A stretch of DNA of 38,588 nucleotides, taken from positions 1 through 38,588 of the forward strand of contig DASYAN010000358.1 of the NCBI GenBank assembly GCA_036501345.1. The letters run 5' to 3'. Below the pieces are notes generated by a model that worked only from the letters and a program-made list of their open reading frames with translations, did no database searches and was not told the origin of the DNA. Origin of the DNA: Ktedonobacteraceae bacterium. GTDB lineage: Bacteria; Chloroflexota; Ktedonobacteria; Ktedonobacterales; Ktedonobacteraceae. The position numbers and the translations under genes are program-made. This document shows, one piece after another, positions 1 through 9,170 of the stretch. How positions within the stretch are numbered: the first letter of the stretch is position 1; each line of letters starts with the position of its first letter.

Positions 1-211
1 TTGCCCACGGGTAGGAGCGAAGCAGCATCCCTTGTGGCATATGATTGCGCCAGAAATGGATCGGCTTACCAAACGTGGCTACTTTTAGCCCACATCCCTG
101 CAAATGAGCCGAGACAGAGAGTCCATAAGGGCCTGCTCCCATCACAATGACATCATACTGTGCAGTTGATATAGAGTCTTTTGACTTTTGTACATCGAAA
201 GATAGGTTCAT
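1..211 (-). CDS. FAD/NAD(P)-binding oxidoreductase, N-terminal fragment (continues beyond window start)
   Basis: Not in the ORF track. My minus-strand translation from ATG at 211 gives MNLSFDVQKSKDSISTAQYDVIVMGAGPYGLSVSAHLQGCGLKVATFGKP..., with a Rossmann GxGxxG dinucleotide-binding motif. A GGAGGT Shine-Dalgarno lies 9 nt upstream. It is co-oriented with the two upstream genes. Confidence 0.55.
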   Translation of the reverse strand, partial: MNLSFDVQKSKDSISTAQYDVIVMGAGPYGLSVSAHLQGCGLKVATFGKPIHFWRNHMPQGMLLRSYPWA

Positions 212-225
212 TTAAGAGATACCTC

Positions 226-1572
226 CTAAGCATGTCGTTTTCCAGACTTTTGGATTAAACGATAAACGAAATCCTTTGTTGCGCTCCACATTGGCAGAGG
301 ATCACGCCAATCAAAATAGTCATATCCAGCGGGCACAAAAAAAGACGCAATAAATTCGAAAACTGCTTGAGTTGGGGGCGTGACTCCTGGTCGTCCCCGT
401 TCTGTAATTGCCTGTAGAGTGGTCAGCATATCGCCTTCTAGATAGCGCATCCAACCACCAACACGATATCCTTTAATACAGTCTATACTTTCCCCATTTG
501 CCCACTGATAGAGCAAATAAGGGAAATCTACCCCTGCACGAACTGCAACTTCTATAGATGCGGATAAGCGCGGGTTTATTTCCATCAAGTAAGGTTTTCC
601 CTCACTATCACGACGAAATTCCACTTCGGAATATCCTTCTAATTCAATTTCACGTACCAAGCGCTCGGATTGGTCGGTAATATCGTCCGGTAGGGCAATG
701 CTCTGCCGGAATACCGATGTGCCCCCAAGAGGTGGCTGTGTGCGTTTCGCCCACTGAGCAAAACGCGCATACATATTTCCATGTGCATATAACAAGCTTA
801 CAGCCTCGCGCCGCCCTGCCAGGAACTGCTGGAAGAGCACAGTGCCGCCGTCCTGTGTCAGCTCTTCCACTGCCTTGCGAGCTTCATCTGGAGTTGTCAC
901 CAGTATACAAATCAGTCTGACGGCGTGTTGCTCTCCCCAGAGCCAGCTCTCTACTGGTTTGACAACTGCGGGCAATCCAATATCATGAATTGCCTCCCTA
1001 ACCTCGCTCACTGACTTCAACATGACCCCACGAGGTACCCCCAAGCCTAGTCGCGTCGCAATCTCCAGGGTTTGATCTTTGTTGATCGCTGCTTCCAACG
1101 CAGTTTCTTTGGCCATTGCTAGCCGAACACGTTGCTCAATCACTTCACGATGCTGACGTAGAGCTGCTAGAGAACCATCACCAGAGGGAATAAGGACGCT
1201 AGCACCAATTGTATCAACCAGTTCTAAGAGATAGGTGATAAAGGGACGTGTATCGTGCTGAAACTCTGGAGCAATATAACTTTGCAAGCACCAGCGGGAT
1301 GAAAATGTCGGAATATATTTTAGTTTTTCCAGTATGTCAGAAGCTTCCAGCGCGGCCACACGCAGTCCACGGTGCCCAAGTGAGCGCACAGTTACAAGCG
1401 ACTGTCGTAAAGCTGCATCGAGTATTAGCGCATCGTATGCTGCTATATGCTGCTTTGGTTGAAGAGTACCCGTTTTTGCAGAAAATGAGTACTTGTCCAA
1501 TGAAACACTTGTCTCTGCTGTAGCCTTATCTTTTAAAGAGTCTTGCATATCTCTTCCTAATTTGCGACACAA
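226..1572 (-). CDS. ATP-grasp domain protein (carboxylate-amine ligase type)
   Basis: 448-aa ORF. It has the typical ATP-grasp core, including ...PYLMEINPRLSASIEVAVRAGVDFPYLLYQW... The true start may be the internal Met at 1548. It overlaps the 3' end of the upstream deacetylase gene, suggesting an operon. Confidence 0.75.
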   Translation of the reverse strand: MCRKLGRDMQDSLKDKATAETSVSLDKYSFSAKTGTLQPKQHIAAYDALILDAALRQSLVTVRSLGHRGLRVAALEASDILEKLKYIPTFSSRWCLQSYIAPEFQHDTRPFITYLLELVDTIGASVLIPSGDGSLAALRQHREVIEQRVRLAMAKETALEAAINKDQTLEIATRLGLGVPRGVMLKSVSEVREAIHDIGLPAVVKPVESWLWGEQHAVRLICILVTTPDEARKAVEELTQDGGTVLFQQFLAGRREAVSLLYAHGNMYARFAQWAKRTQPPLGGTSVFRQSIALPDDITDQSERLVREIELEGYSEVEFRRDSEGKPYLMEINPRLSASIEVAVRAGVDFPYLLYQWANGESIDCIKGYRVGGWMRYLEGDMLTTLQAITERGRPGVTPPTQAVFEFIASFFVPAGYDYFDWRDPLPMWSATKDFVYRLIQKSGKRHA

Positions 1573-2590
1573 CTCCTAATATGCCAGCAAGCTCTGCAGC
1601 CATCACCACCCAGTGTACGTTAGTATCGCCGGGCAGACGTGGTAGCAGATAGTGATCAGTCTGAGGAACATTGCGCTCTTCGATCGTTGTCACCACCCAC
1701 TTGAAGCCTGCCGCTTTCACAGCCTGTATCCCCTGATCGCCAAAATCGGCTGGCTTGCCAATTGGATAGGCAAATATATACACAGGGTGATTCAAATTCT
1801 GTTCTAGGGCGCTACGCGATTCTATAATTTCACGCTGAACTTCCGCAGGATCTGAAAGGCTTGATAGAATAGGATGATGCATCGTATGAGCTCCAAACGA
1901 GACCAACCCACTTGCCTCCATTTCATGTATCTGCTCCCAGCTCATTGGCAATGTCGTATCACCTTCGTCTCCAACACCACGTCTGGGCAATGTTGTACCT
2001 AAAGCTCCCTGCAGATGTGAGAGAGTCTTTTCACGTTCTGCTATAGATGACGCATAACGTATTAATCTATCGATAACCTTCACTAATGCAGCGCGATCTT
2101 CCGACTGAGAGAGCATATAGGTTTTGCCTTCAACAGTCACCTTCTCAACTGTTGCCGACTGGACAAGTTTAGTCGGAGCCAACCACCAGAAGTACTCACC
2201 GCTCTCCACATAACCGGGAATCAAAAAAATAGTGATAGGAGTTAGCAAACTGCATACCAGAGGAAAGGCATACGTATAATTATCAATGTAGCCATCATCA
2301 AAGGTCAATACGAGGGGAATGCGTTGATCTCGCCCACGTTTCTTCTCTAGCGTCTCCATATCTACCGGGGCATTATAGAATTCTTTCAGAGCATCTTCCA
2401 AATGCATAATACGGTAGTCACGCTGCAAATAACGCAATTGAGCAGCCAAATGGCCCCCAGCACGATGATAGTTGAGAATGATCAAGTGGCGACCAGAGCG
2501 CTGCCTTAACCAAATGGCAAGTCTTAACAGGCCACTATAATAAAAACAAAATGCAATCCATATACGTAGGTGCTCACGCATCAGACTCAC
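1526..2590 (-). CDS. Polysaccharide deacetylase (NodB homology domain), N-terminal membrane anchor
   Basis: 354-aa ORF with NodB motifs: LVLTFDDGYIDNY (TFDDG), a His-rich HTMHHP, and an N-terminal hydrophobic segment. Confidence 0.85.
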   Translation of the reverse strand: MSLMREHLRIWIAFCFYYSGLLRLAIWLRQRSGRHLIILNYHRAGGHLAAQLRYLQRDYRIMHLEDALKEFYNAPVDMETLEKKRGRDQRIPLVLTFDDGYIDNYTYAFPLVCSLLTPITIFLIPGYVESGEYFWWLAPTKLVQSATVEKVTVEGKTYMLSQSEDRAALVKVIDRLIRYASSIAEREKTLSHLQGALGTTLPRRGVGDEGDTTLPMSWEQIHEMEASGLVSFGAHTMHHPILSSLSDPAEVQREIIESRSALEQNLNHPVYIFAYPIGKPADFGDQGIQAVKAAGFKWVVTTIEERNVPQTDHYLLPRLPGDTNVHWVVMAAELAGILGVVSQIRKRYARLFKR

Positions 2591-3398
2591 CTTGATATTC
2601 TACAAGAATCGCTTGTGCAGGGGACTTCAACCTCAGCCCATCATACTGTTGTATTGCAGGAAAAATAAGCATAGAAACTCCAATCTGGTATTAGGAAATT
2701 TAAATACATTAGCATTGCTAGACACAAACACTAGCCGTAATATACTACTTAAAAAGGCCAGCATAAAGCAAATTTTTAGAAATTGTTCCCAATAACTTCC
2801 TATTGGGGAATTATTGGACTTCTCACAAATATACCACAGACTTGGTCATGATAAAATTTTGCGGAGGTGGAGAATTGGTAGAGCATCAAAAAACTGAGTA
2901 GAGAAATTTGCACTTTCTGCGTTAAGCGCCCAGGGTTACCCTAAGGTTTTGTCTCATCCACTTGCCTTTCTTTGTCAAGTCTGCTATCATGGTAGTGTTC
3001 TTGAAAAAACGCTCATCAAGTATTGATGACCTTGTTGATTGTGATGAGAGGCCGGACGAATGCAGCCGAGCTTCAGCTCATAAAGACGCAATAATACAGG
3101 TTAGACTTAGAAGTTGTGGTCTACCTCTACCAGGGGGAGTAGACCAACTTGCAATAGAGTTATTATCTTAACGAGCCTATTATGTTCTCAACTCCTTCTC
3201 AACTCCAGTAGCACCATAATACGTAGAGCAAATGCTATATCTTCCTGTTGGAGTTGTAGATTAGGTCTTAGTAAACAAGGATCTATTGTAAGTTTTAATA
3301 CATACAGTAAGTAGTCAACGTTACACAATAGATATTCTTCGATTTCGCATATTGTAGTTCTCAAACATTGCAAAATTTTTGGTAAGGACGGTATCCAC

Positions 3399-4868
3399 AT
3401 GCGCGTTTCCCTAAGTCGTTATTTAATACTGGCCAAACGTTGGGCATGGTTACTTATTGTAGGGGTAGTAATTTGTAGCGGCGCAACCTACTTAATTACA
3501 AAGTTTTTTATCCCTCCTACATATGACGCTTCTGCAAAGATCATCATTAAGGTGTCTACATCTGAGTCTCAGAATGATAATACCCTGGCTGCAATTGCCA
3601 TGCTTCCAACATTTACCCAAGTGGTCGTGGATCCTAAGGTGCTCAAACCTGTTGCCACTGCCCATAAGATGGACCTTCAACTGCTCACTCAAGCGGTTAC
3701 AGCCACACAGCAATCAAATACATTGATCCTGCAGATCGATGTTAAGGATAAGGACCCCCAACTAGCAACGCAACTGGCTAATCAAGTGGGCCAGAGCTTT
3801 CTGCAGAATTACCTAACGCCAGTCTATACTATACCGCCAAACAGCCTACCAACATATGGTCAGATAACGGGAGTCCTTCTACCAGCCGTAGCCCCTATCC
3901 TGCCACTGCAACCCAAACCAAGTTTGGATACCCTGGTTGGTGGCGCTGTCGGCCTAGGACTTGCAATAGCTATCATTGTTCTTTTTGAATGGCTCAATGA
4001 CCATCTCTCAACTCCTGATGAGGTACAGAGGCTGCTCGGAGTTGACCTACTCGCAGTACTCCCTGCACTTTCAAAACGCCAGCGTCAAAAGAAAGCAGAA
4101 GAGACACCAGAGTTGGCCGAAGGATGCCGAACTTTATGCGCGAGCCTCAACATAGCACAGATACAACGTCCTTTCAAACTAGTGATGGTCACTAGCGCGC
4201 TTGCCAGTGAGGGCAAAAGCACAATTGCTTCGAATATTGCCTCCTTTCTGGCAATGTCGGGGAAACGGGTATTGCTTGTTGATAGTGACCTGCGCCATCC
4301 CGTCCTAGATCAGCATTTCCAGCTTGAAAATCGACACGGACTATCCAATGCACTTCTCGAAATGCGGAGTGACACTGAGCCAGAACTGAATGGCCAGCCT
4401 ACTGAAATCCCATCATTACGAGTGCTCACGGCAGGTATCCTGCCATCTAATCCATCGGAGCTACTACAATCACCGTTGGCACATCAACTCTTCAACCATT
4501 TCAGAAACACGCAGCACTTTGATTATGTCATATTTGATGCTCCTCCACTCTTACCAATTGCGGATGCTCAGATCTTAGCTTCGTATATCCAGGTAACTAT
4601 TCTTGTAGCTGATGTATCCAAAACCCCGCGCAAAGCTCTTGTACGAGCAAAAGAGGTATTAAATAGGACTGGTACAAGAATCCTGGGAGTAACTCTTAAT
4701 AAGAGCGAGTGGTTTGATTTCAGTAAGACCCAAGATGACCTTAGTAACATCCAAGAGCGGCCCAGAGCAGATATTATCCAATCGCCAATTAGTGCGCCTA
4801 CTATAAACAGAGCGATAGAAGTGACCAATACAGCCGCTCTACCTTCTGCCAAGAACTCGAAGAGTTAA
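3399..4868 (+). CDS. Polysaccharide co-polymerase (Wzz-like) fused to a CpsD/CapB-type P-loop (BY-kinase-like) domain
   Basis: 489 aa. It has two TM segments flanking a periplasmic/extracellular Wzz-like region. These are followed by Walker A SALASEGKST, Walker A' VLLVDSDLRHP and Walker B DYVIFDAPPLLPIADA. Confidence 0.85.
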   Translation: MRVSLSRYLILAKRWAWLLIVGVVICSGATYLITKFFIPPTYDASAKIIIKVSTSESQNDNTLAAIAMLPTFTQVVVDPKVLKPVATAHKMDLQLLTQAVTATQQSNTLILQIDVKDKDPQLATQLANQVGQSFLQNYLTPVYTIPPNSLPTYGQITGVLLPAVAPILPLQPKPSLDTLVGGAVGLGLAIAIIVLFEWLNDHLSTPDEVQRLLGVDLLAVLPALSKRQRQKKAEETPELAEGCRTLCASLNIAQIQRPFKLVMVTSALASEGKSTIASNIASFLAMSGKRVLLVDSDLRHPVLDQHFQLENRHGLSNALLEMRSDTEPELNGQPTEIPSLRVLTAGILPSNPSELLQSPLAHQLFNHFRNTQHFDYVIFDAPPLLPIADAQILASYIQVTILVADVSKTPRKALVRAKEVLNRTGTRILGVTLNKSEWFDFSKTQDDLSNIQERPRADIIQSPISAPTINRAIEVTNTAALPSAKNSKS

Positions 4869-4898
4869 TAGGTAAGGTATAGGTCTGAGGAGGTATTT

Positions 4899-6200
4899 AT
4901 GAAGCACCAGTTATTAGAGAAAATCGCCTCGCGATCTCTCCAAATTGGGATAATAGGGCTTGGTTACGTGGGACTGCCACTCGCCATCACCTTTGCCGAG
5001 GCTGGTTTTGATGTTACTGGCATAGATGTCGATCAACAAAAAGTTGACCAAGCTAATAGTGGCGAAAGCTATATACCTGATGTCGATAGCGAGAAACTGC
5101 AACAGCTTCTCAATGGCAAAAAGTTAACGTTCACGACTGACTTTACTGTCCTAGAAAACATTGATGCTGTAAGCATTTGTGTTCCAACGCCGCTTCGCAA
5201 GACACGTGATCCCGATATCTCTTACATTATCGCAGCCACTCAACAGATCCGCGCTCATCTGCACTTGGGACAACTGATTGTTCTGGAGAGTACAACATAC
5301 CCTGGCACTACTGACGAGGCCCTATTGCCAGAACTGGAATCGACAGGACTCAAAGTAGGTACAGATTTCTTCCTAGCATTTTCGCCTGAGCGCATTGATC
5401 CTGGAAATGCCCATTTTAGCACCAAGAATACGCCTAAGGTAGTTGGTGGTATTACATCGGTATGCACAGAGCTGGCACAAGCCTATTATGGAGCTGCTAT
5501 TGAGTGTATCATTCCAGTTTCCTCTGCTCGGACAGCTGAAATGGCCAAGCTGCTAGAGAATACCTTCCGTGCCGTTAATATTGGCCTGGTCAATGAAATT
5601 GCAATCATCTGCGAAAAGCTTGGCGTTAATGTATGGGAGGTCATTGAGGCTGCCGCGACAAAGCCTTTCGGATTTATGCGCTTTCTGCCGGGTCCGGGAT
5701 TAGGTGGACACTGTATTCCCGTCGATCCACATTATCTTTCCTGGAAACTCAAGACTCTTGACTATACCGCACGTTTTATCGAGCTGGCCGCAGAAATAAA
5801 TAGCAATATGCCACACTATGTTGTAAACAAAATTAGTGAGGCACTCAATGAGCAGAGGCGTAGCCTTAATGGCGCAACGGTGCTTGTACTGGGTGTAGCC
5901 TATAAGCCCAACGTCAGTGATATACGAGAATCACCTGCCCTTGATATCATTCAGAGTTTGCAGGCACGCAAAGCAGTCGTCCTCTATAACGATGATTATG
6001 TTTCCTCACTCACAATTGGAGGTCAAGTGTTGACTAACCAACCACTGAGTAGCGGACTCTTGCAAGCTGCTGATTGTGTGGCACTTATTACTGATCATAA
6101 TTACTATGATATTCCTGTAATTGTGCACGAAGCTCGCGCAATTGTTGATACAAGGAATATGACCAAGGGTTTCAATGACAAGAAGATATTTAGACTATAA
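4899..6200 (+). CDS. Nucleotide-sugar (UDP-N-acetylhexosamine) 6-dehydrogenase, WbpA/WecC/TviB family
   Basis: 433 aa. N-terminal Rossmann IGIIGLGYVGLPLA and catalytic-Cys motif GGHCIPVDP. An AGGAGG-like SD precedes the ATG. Confidence 0.9.
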   Translation: MKHQLLEKIASRSLQIGIIGLGYVGLPLAITFAEAGFDVTGIDVDQQKVDQANSGESYIPDVDSEKLQQLLNGKKLTFTTDFTVLENIDAVSICVPTPLRKTRDPDISYIIAATQQIRAHLHLGQLIVLESTTYPGTTDEALLPELESTGLKVGTDFFLAFSPERIDPGNAHFSTKNTPKVVGGITSVCTELAQAYYGAAIECIIPVSSARTAEMAKLLENTFRAVNIGLVNEIAIICEKLGVNVWEVIEAAATKPFGFMRFLPGPGLGGHCIPVDPHYLSWKLKTLDYTARFIELAAEINSNMPHYVVNKISEALNEQRRSLNGATVLVLGVAYKPNVSDIRESPALDIIQSLQARKAVVLYNDDYVSSLTIGGQVLTNQPLSSGLLQAADCVALITDHNYYDIPVIVHEARAIVDTRNMTKGFNDKKIFRL

Positions 6201-6239
6201 TGCTTGGTTGGCGAATTTTGATAGAATGGTAATATAAGT

Positions 6240-9170
6240 ATGTCCCAATCTTTGAATACCGACACTAGTCCTAGGCCGATAGTAGGAACGACCAGTGCCC
6301 GATTGGTGGCTGTCAGACTCAAATCTGCCAACAAAAATATCTTTCGTGCAATGTTGAGTCTGAGTTCAGCAAACTTGCTTATACGCTTGATGGGTCTAGT
6401 CAATGCAGTAATTGTAACCGCTCGTTTCGGCCAAGGGCCGGCAATGGATGCCTATTTTGTTGCAACAACGGTGCCGATATTGCTGGCCCAGCTTCTAGGC
6501 TCTTCTGTAGAAGGTTCCTTCGTCCCTGTTTATGCGAGCATGCGTGCCAAAGGGGGAAAAGAAAAAGCATCAAGGCTCTTTAGTACTCTCTTAAACTTAC
6601 TCGTCATAGCTTCAGGGCTGCTTACTCTTGGAATGATCTTTTTTCGCGAACCATTACTCCATATATCAGCGCCAGGAACGAGTACACAGGTCTTGGCACA
6701 AACTGTGGCATTAGCTCCGCTCGTCTTTCCATTGCTAAGTGTTATGATCGTAAACAGCTATATGGAGAGTCTTCTGAACGCAGAGGGGAAGTTTGGTTGG
6801 CCAGCCTATAGCGGTCTACTGGTACCATTGACCACAGCTGCATTTGTCTTGCTGCTGGGCGGGAACGATGGAGTCTTTGCGATAGGCTTCGGTACACTGG
6901 TAGGTCAATGTGTACAGTCGTGCTTCTTCGTCATACGTGCACGGAGGGCCAAACTCAAATACCACTTCATTCTGGATTTAGGAACTCCAGAGATGAAAGA
7001 TATTGCCGTGAGAGCATGGCCTTCACTCTTCGCAGGTGTCATTGCACTGGCCAGCCCACTCGTCGATCAGATCTTCGCTTCCTATCAGACTAGCGGAACA
7101 ATTGCAGCCATTAATAACGCCCTTAAAATCACTGGTGTCCCCATAGGAGTTCTTTTCGCTGCAACAGGGCGTGCCCTTTTACCGTATTTTGCAACGCAAG
7201 CAGCAACCAACGATATGAAAGCTTTCAAGAATACCCTCCGCTTATATACCTGGGGTATAGCTATCGTTACTCTATGTACCTCGGTATTCATGATTATATT
7301 CTCCAAGCTGATTGTTAGTATTCTTTTCCAGCGCGGAGCATTCTCTGAAGCGGATGTTAATCTGGTAGCCATTACTCTATCGGGGTTTGCCATTGGCCTG
7401 TTTCCCATGGCTATCGGCTTTGTTTTTGGACAAGCATTCACGGCACTCGGAAAAACTCGCTTTCTGATGTACATAACGATTATGAGCATCTTTCTGAATG
7501 CTTCTTTTGATGCCTTTTTCGGCAGTTTCTGGCACAGCTTTGGTATCGCATTTGCCACTTCAGCTTATTATTTCTGCTCGATGACCGTCCAGATTTTCGT
7601 TCTGCGCAGGACAGTTGGAAAACTCGATCTGTTAAAACCGCCTCCAGAAGTTCTAAAAGTCGTGGGGGAAATTGGGCTAGGACCATACTATACGAAATGG
7701 GTTGCTTGGCAGGAACAACAGAGCATTTCGTTGCAAGAGTTCTATCAGCAGGTTTTGCGCTGGCTCTTTATACTGCTGATCTTTGCTGCTGGTATAGCTG
7801 GCACTATTCTCAATGCCCTTTTGACCTTGCGTATAGCCTTTGGCTCATTGGTTGTTTTTGCTTTCTTACGCTACCAATATTTTCTCTTGTTAGCCTGGTG
7901 CACCATTAACGTTTTCATCGGCTCTGCTCTGCCATTCTTTAACGGCAACAATTTGTTATCAGGCTTCACTCTTCCTACAACGCTATTACTCTTCTATTTT
8001 CCAATCAAAGTGCCATTTCAACGCATGGTGTCACTACGGTTTCTACTTATCTTTATATTATGGGTTTTCTTGAGCATCGGGTTCTCACCTATCCCTATTA
8101 GCACGTTTTTCACAAATTGGACATTTTTACTTGATTTTCTCGGAGTCAGCGTGCTAACCATAATGGTCATTACCACTCAGAAGCGGCTACTCTTCCTCAT
8201 CGATGCATTGCATCTCCCGGTAATTATTATCCTCATCTACGGGCTTTGGGGATACGTTCGACTCGATCCTAACATTGGTGTGGTTGATCCAACGACTGGA
8301 TACTACCGCATCTTCTCAATTTTTCCCGGAACTCCTCCAGGCTTAGCACTCTTTATTTCGATGATAATACCATTGAGTATCTATCGTCTATCGACACTGC
8401 GACGATGGTTTCAAAAACTTAGCCTGATCGCCATAATTCTTGTTATGTTAGTGGTCTTTGGTTTGACATTCAGTCGTGGTCCGCTAATTATCTTCCCACT
8501 CTGTGCCATCGCGATCATTCCCTTCTTGCCAGGAAGAAGGGCGAAAGCGCTTATGGTATCCTCCTATCTATTAGCAGGAGTTTTGATCATAATCGCAGCC
8601 GTTGCGCTTCAGATCGACATTTTTGCCCGCTTTGCAAATAGCGATCTTGGGACCCTCAACGGTCGTACCTATCTCTGGCAGGCCATTCTCGACCATTTTG
8701 ATCCACTACAGCTCTTAGGCTACGGAGAGAACGCATCCAGTACGTTATTGGCGAATCTGCAAGTTGGCTTCGGAGGAAAGCTCATTGCCGATGTTGCCCA
8801 TAACCTCTTCTTAGAAACTATGTATGATCATGGTGTGGTAGGAGTTGCCTTATTAATCCTAATCTTTGCCACACAAGCAGTTTCTTTACTGCGCCAATGG
8901 CTCGTAACCAGCAACAATCAACAACGCCTTTTTATTGCTTTGTCATTGTTGACATGTATCAATGTAGCAGTCCAGTGTAACCAAACCAATGACCTATTTA
9001 ACCAGCAAATTGGTATAACCTTTTTCATTGCTATGGCACTTCCATTCGCAGAGTGTTGGATGAAGGAGCAAGAAACTCCTGAGGATAGTAAAGCACTTGA
9101 CAAGGCGCAAGTACCAGAGTCAGAGACGGTCGAACAAAAAAAAGCACAGGTGCAATTAGCATATGGATGA
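6240..9170 (+). CDS. Fusion protein: MurJ/MviN-type MOP flippase domain plus Wzy_C (O-antigen polymerase/ligase-like) domain
   Basis: 976-aa uninterrupted ORF. The N-terminal half is MurJ-like (LIRLMGLVNAVIVTARFGQGPAMDAYFVATTVPILLAQLL...SFVPVY). The C-terminal half is polytopic, with FSRGPLIIFPL and AHNLFLETMYDHGVVGVALL typical of Wzy_C. Confidence 0.8.
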   Translation: MSQSLNTDTSPRPIVGTTSARLVAVRLKSANKNIFRAMLSLSSANLLIRLMGLVNAVIVTARFGQGPAMDAYFVATTVPILLAQLLGSSVEGSFVPVYASMRAKGGKEKASRLFSTLLNLLVIASGLLTLGMIFFREPLLHISAPGTSTQVLAQTVALAPLVFPLLSVMIVNSYMESLLNAEGKFGWPAYSGLLVPLTTAAFVLLLGGNDGVFAIGFGTLVGQCVQSCFFVIRARRAKLKYHFILDLGTPEMKDIAVRAWPSLFAGVIALASPLVDQIFASYQTSGTIAAINNALKITGVPIGVLFAATGRALLPYFATQAATNDMKAFKNTLRLYTWGIAIVTLCTSVFMIIFSKLIVSILFQRGAFSEADVNLVAITLSGFAIGLFPMAIGFVFGQAFTALGKTRFLMYITIMSIFLNASFDAFFGSFWHSFGIAFATSAYYFCSMTVQIFVLRRTVGKLDLLKPPPEVLKVVGEIGLGPYYTKWVAWQEQQSISLQEFYQQVLRWLFILLIFAAGIAGTILNALLTLRIAFGSLVVFAFLRYQYFLLLAWCTINVFIGSALPFFNGNNLLSGFTLPTTLLLFYFPIKVPFQRMVSLRFLLIFILWVFLSIGFSPIPISTFFTNWTFLLDFLGVSVLTIMVITTQKRLLFLIDALHLPVIIILIYGLWGYVRLDPNIGVVDPTTGYYRIFSIFPGTPPGLALFISMIIPLSIYRLSTLRRWFQKLSLIAIILVMLVVFGLTFSRGPLIIFPLCAIAIIPFLPGRRAKALMVSSYLLAGVLIIIAAVALQIDIFARFANSDLGTLNGRTYLWQAILDHFDPLQLLGYGENASSTLLANLQVGFGGKLIADVAHNLFLETMYDHGVVGVALLILIFATQAVSLLRQWLVTSNNQQRLFIALSLLTCINVAVQCNQTNDLFNQQIGITFFIAMALPFAECWMKEQETPEDSKALDKAQVPESETVEQKKAQVQLAYG

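Noticed and set aside
2861-2884. tRNA-like 5' half (GCGGAGGTGGAGAATTGGTAGAGC, resembling the acceptor and D-arm of class II tRNAs), preceded by TAAAAT
   Set aside because: There is no complementary 3' acceptor strand, no anticodon arm and no GTTCRANYC T-loop downstream, and no -35 box. At most it is a decayed fragment.
2591-3398. 800-nt spacer upstream of the Wzz-like gene, inspected for JUMPstart/ops (GGCGGTAG), riboswitch-like elements, promoters and small ORFs
   Set aside because: There is no ops motif. The hairpins are only modest (for example GGTCTAC/GTAGACC at 3118-3145), and the listed 60-70-aa ORFs lack SDs and recognisable domains. Nothing there is strong enough to call.
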